DNA of 64,000 nucleotides, taken from contig NC_043005.1 of the NCBI RefSeq assembly GCF_006345805.1, forward strand, positions 89,590,001 to 89,654,000, given 5' to 3'. A program made the position numbers and the translations under genes. This document shows, piece by piece, positions 63,655 to 64,000 of this stretch. This DNA is from Octopus sinensis. Its lineage: Eukaryota. Below the pieces are notes generated by a model. It was not told where the DNA came from. It did not search any database and saw only the letters and a list, made by a program, of their open reading frames with translations. Positions within the stretch are counted from its first letter, which is position 1. Each line of letters starts with the position of its first letter.

Positions 63655-64000
63655 CTTTTTCACTTCCTGAGCATTATACTAATACATCTGTTTGTTGCCT
63701 ACACCACCTGTCTTTGGCTTTTGTTTTCTTTGTGAATTCTCCCCGTATGTATGTATGTATGTACGTATATATATATATATATATATATATATCCTCTGTC
63801 GTGTTTTTGTTCCCAACTTTGACCCTCTATAAATCCTAAATTTCATTTTAGATTTTTATGAGAACTGTCTTTAAAGACTCATATTGTCGTTGAATGCTTG
63901 AAATGAGGAGTAGACAGGCAGCTGACAACTGATGAAGGGTCCTTTCCCTGTGTTTACTTGTCCTGTTTTCCATTTTTTTTCTTGTTGTTTACATATTTAA

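Overview
AT-rich, repeat-dense animal genomic DNA. The SINE/LINE/MITE landscape looks like a coleoid cephalopod, probably Octopus (inferred from recall, not verified). The window lies inside one + strand gene, a formin-like protein (FMNL/Frl subtype). Sixteen GT-AG exons from 7079 to 61646 join in one continuous frame (1722 nt, 574 aa) and encode GBD/FH3, a coiled coil, the poly-proline FH1 and the start of FH2. Both ends of the gene appear to lie outside the window. The introns hold three tRNA-headed SINE groups (informally A, B, C), several RTE-clade LINE remnants and many copies of their 3' tail, an R4/Dong-like endonuclease remnant, a deleted Tc1/mariner element, TTAA (piggyBac-type) MITEs, a Helentron-type non-autonomous element and microsatellites. 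The most unusual item is a 483-bp head-to-head palindromic insertion (52190-52672). Each arm has a tRNA-like head and a Penelope-type minimal hammerhead ribozyme motif. A second, unrelated hammerhead-like motif sits at 63617. Also notable are two frame-preserving candidate cassette exons, a promoter-like motif cluster upstream of FH1, and several long hairpins or inverted pairs that could form dsRNA in the pre-mRNA. Repeat boundaries are approximate unless a TSD or TIR is quoted. All alignments were done by eye.
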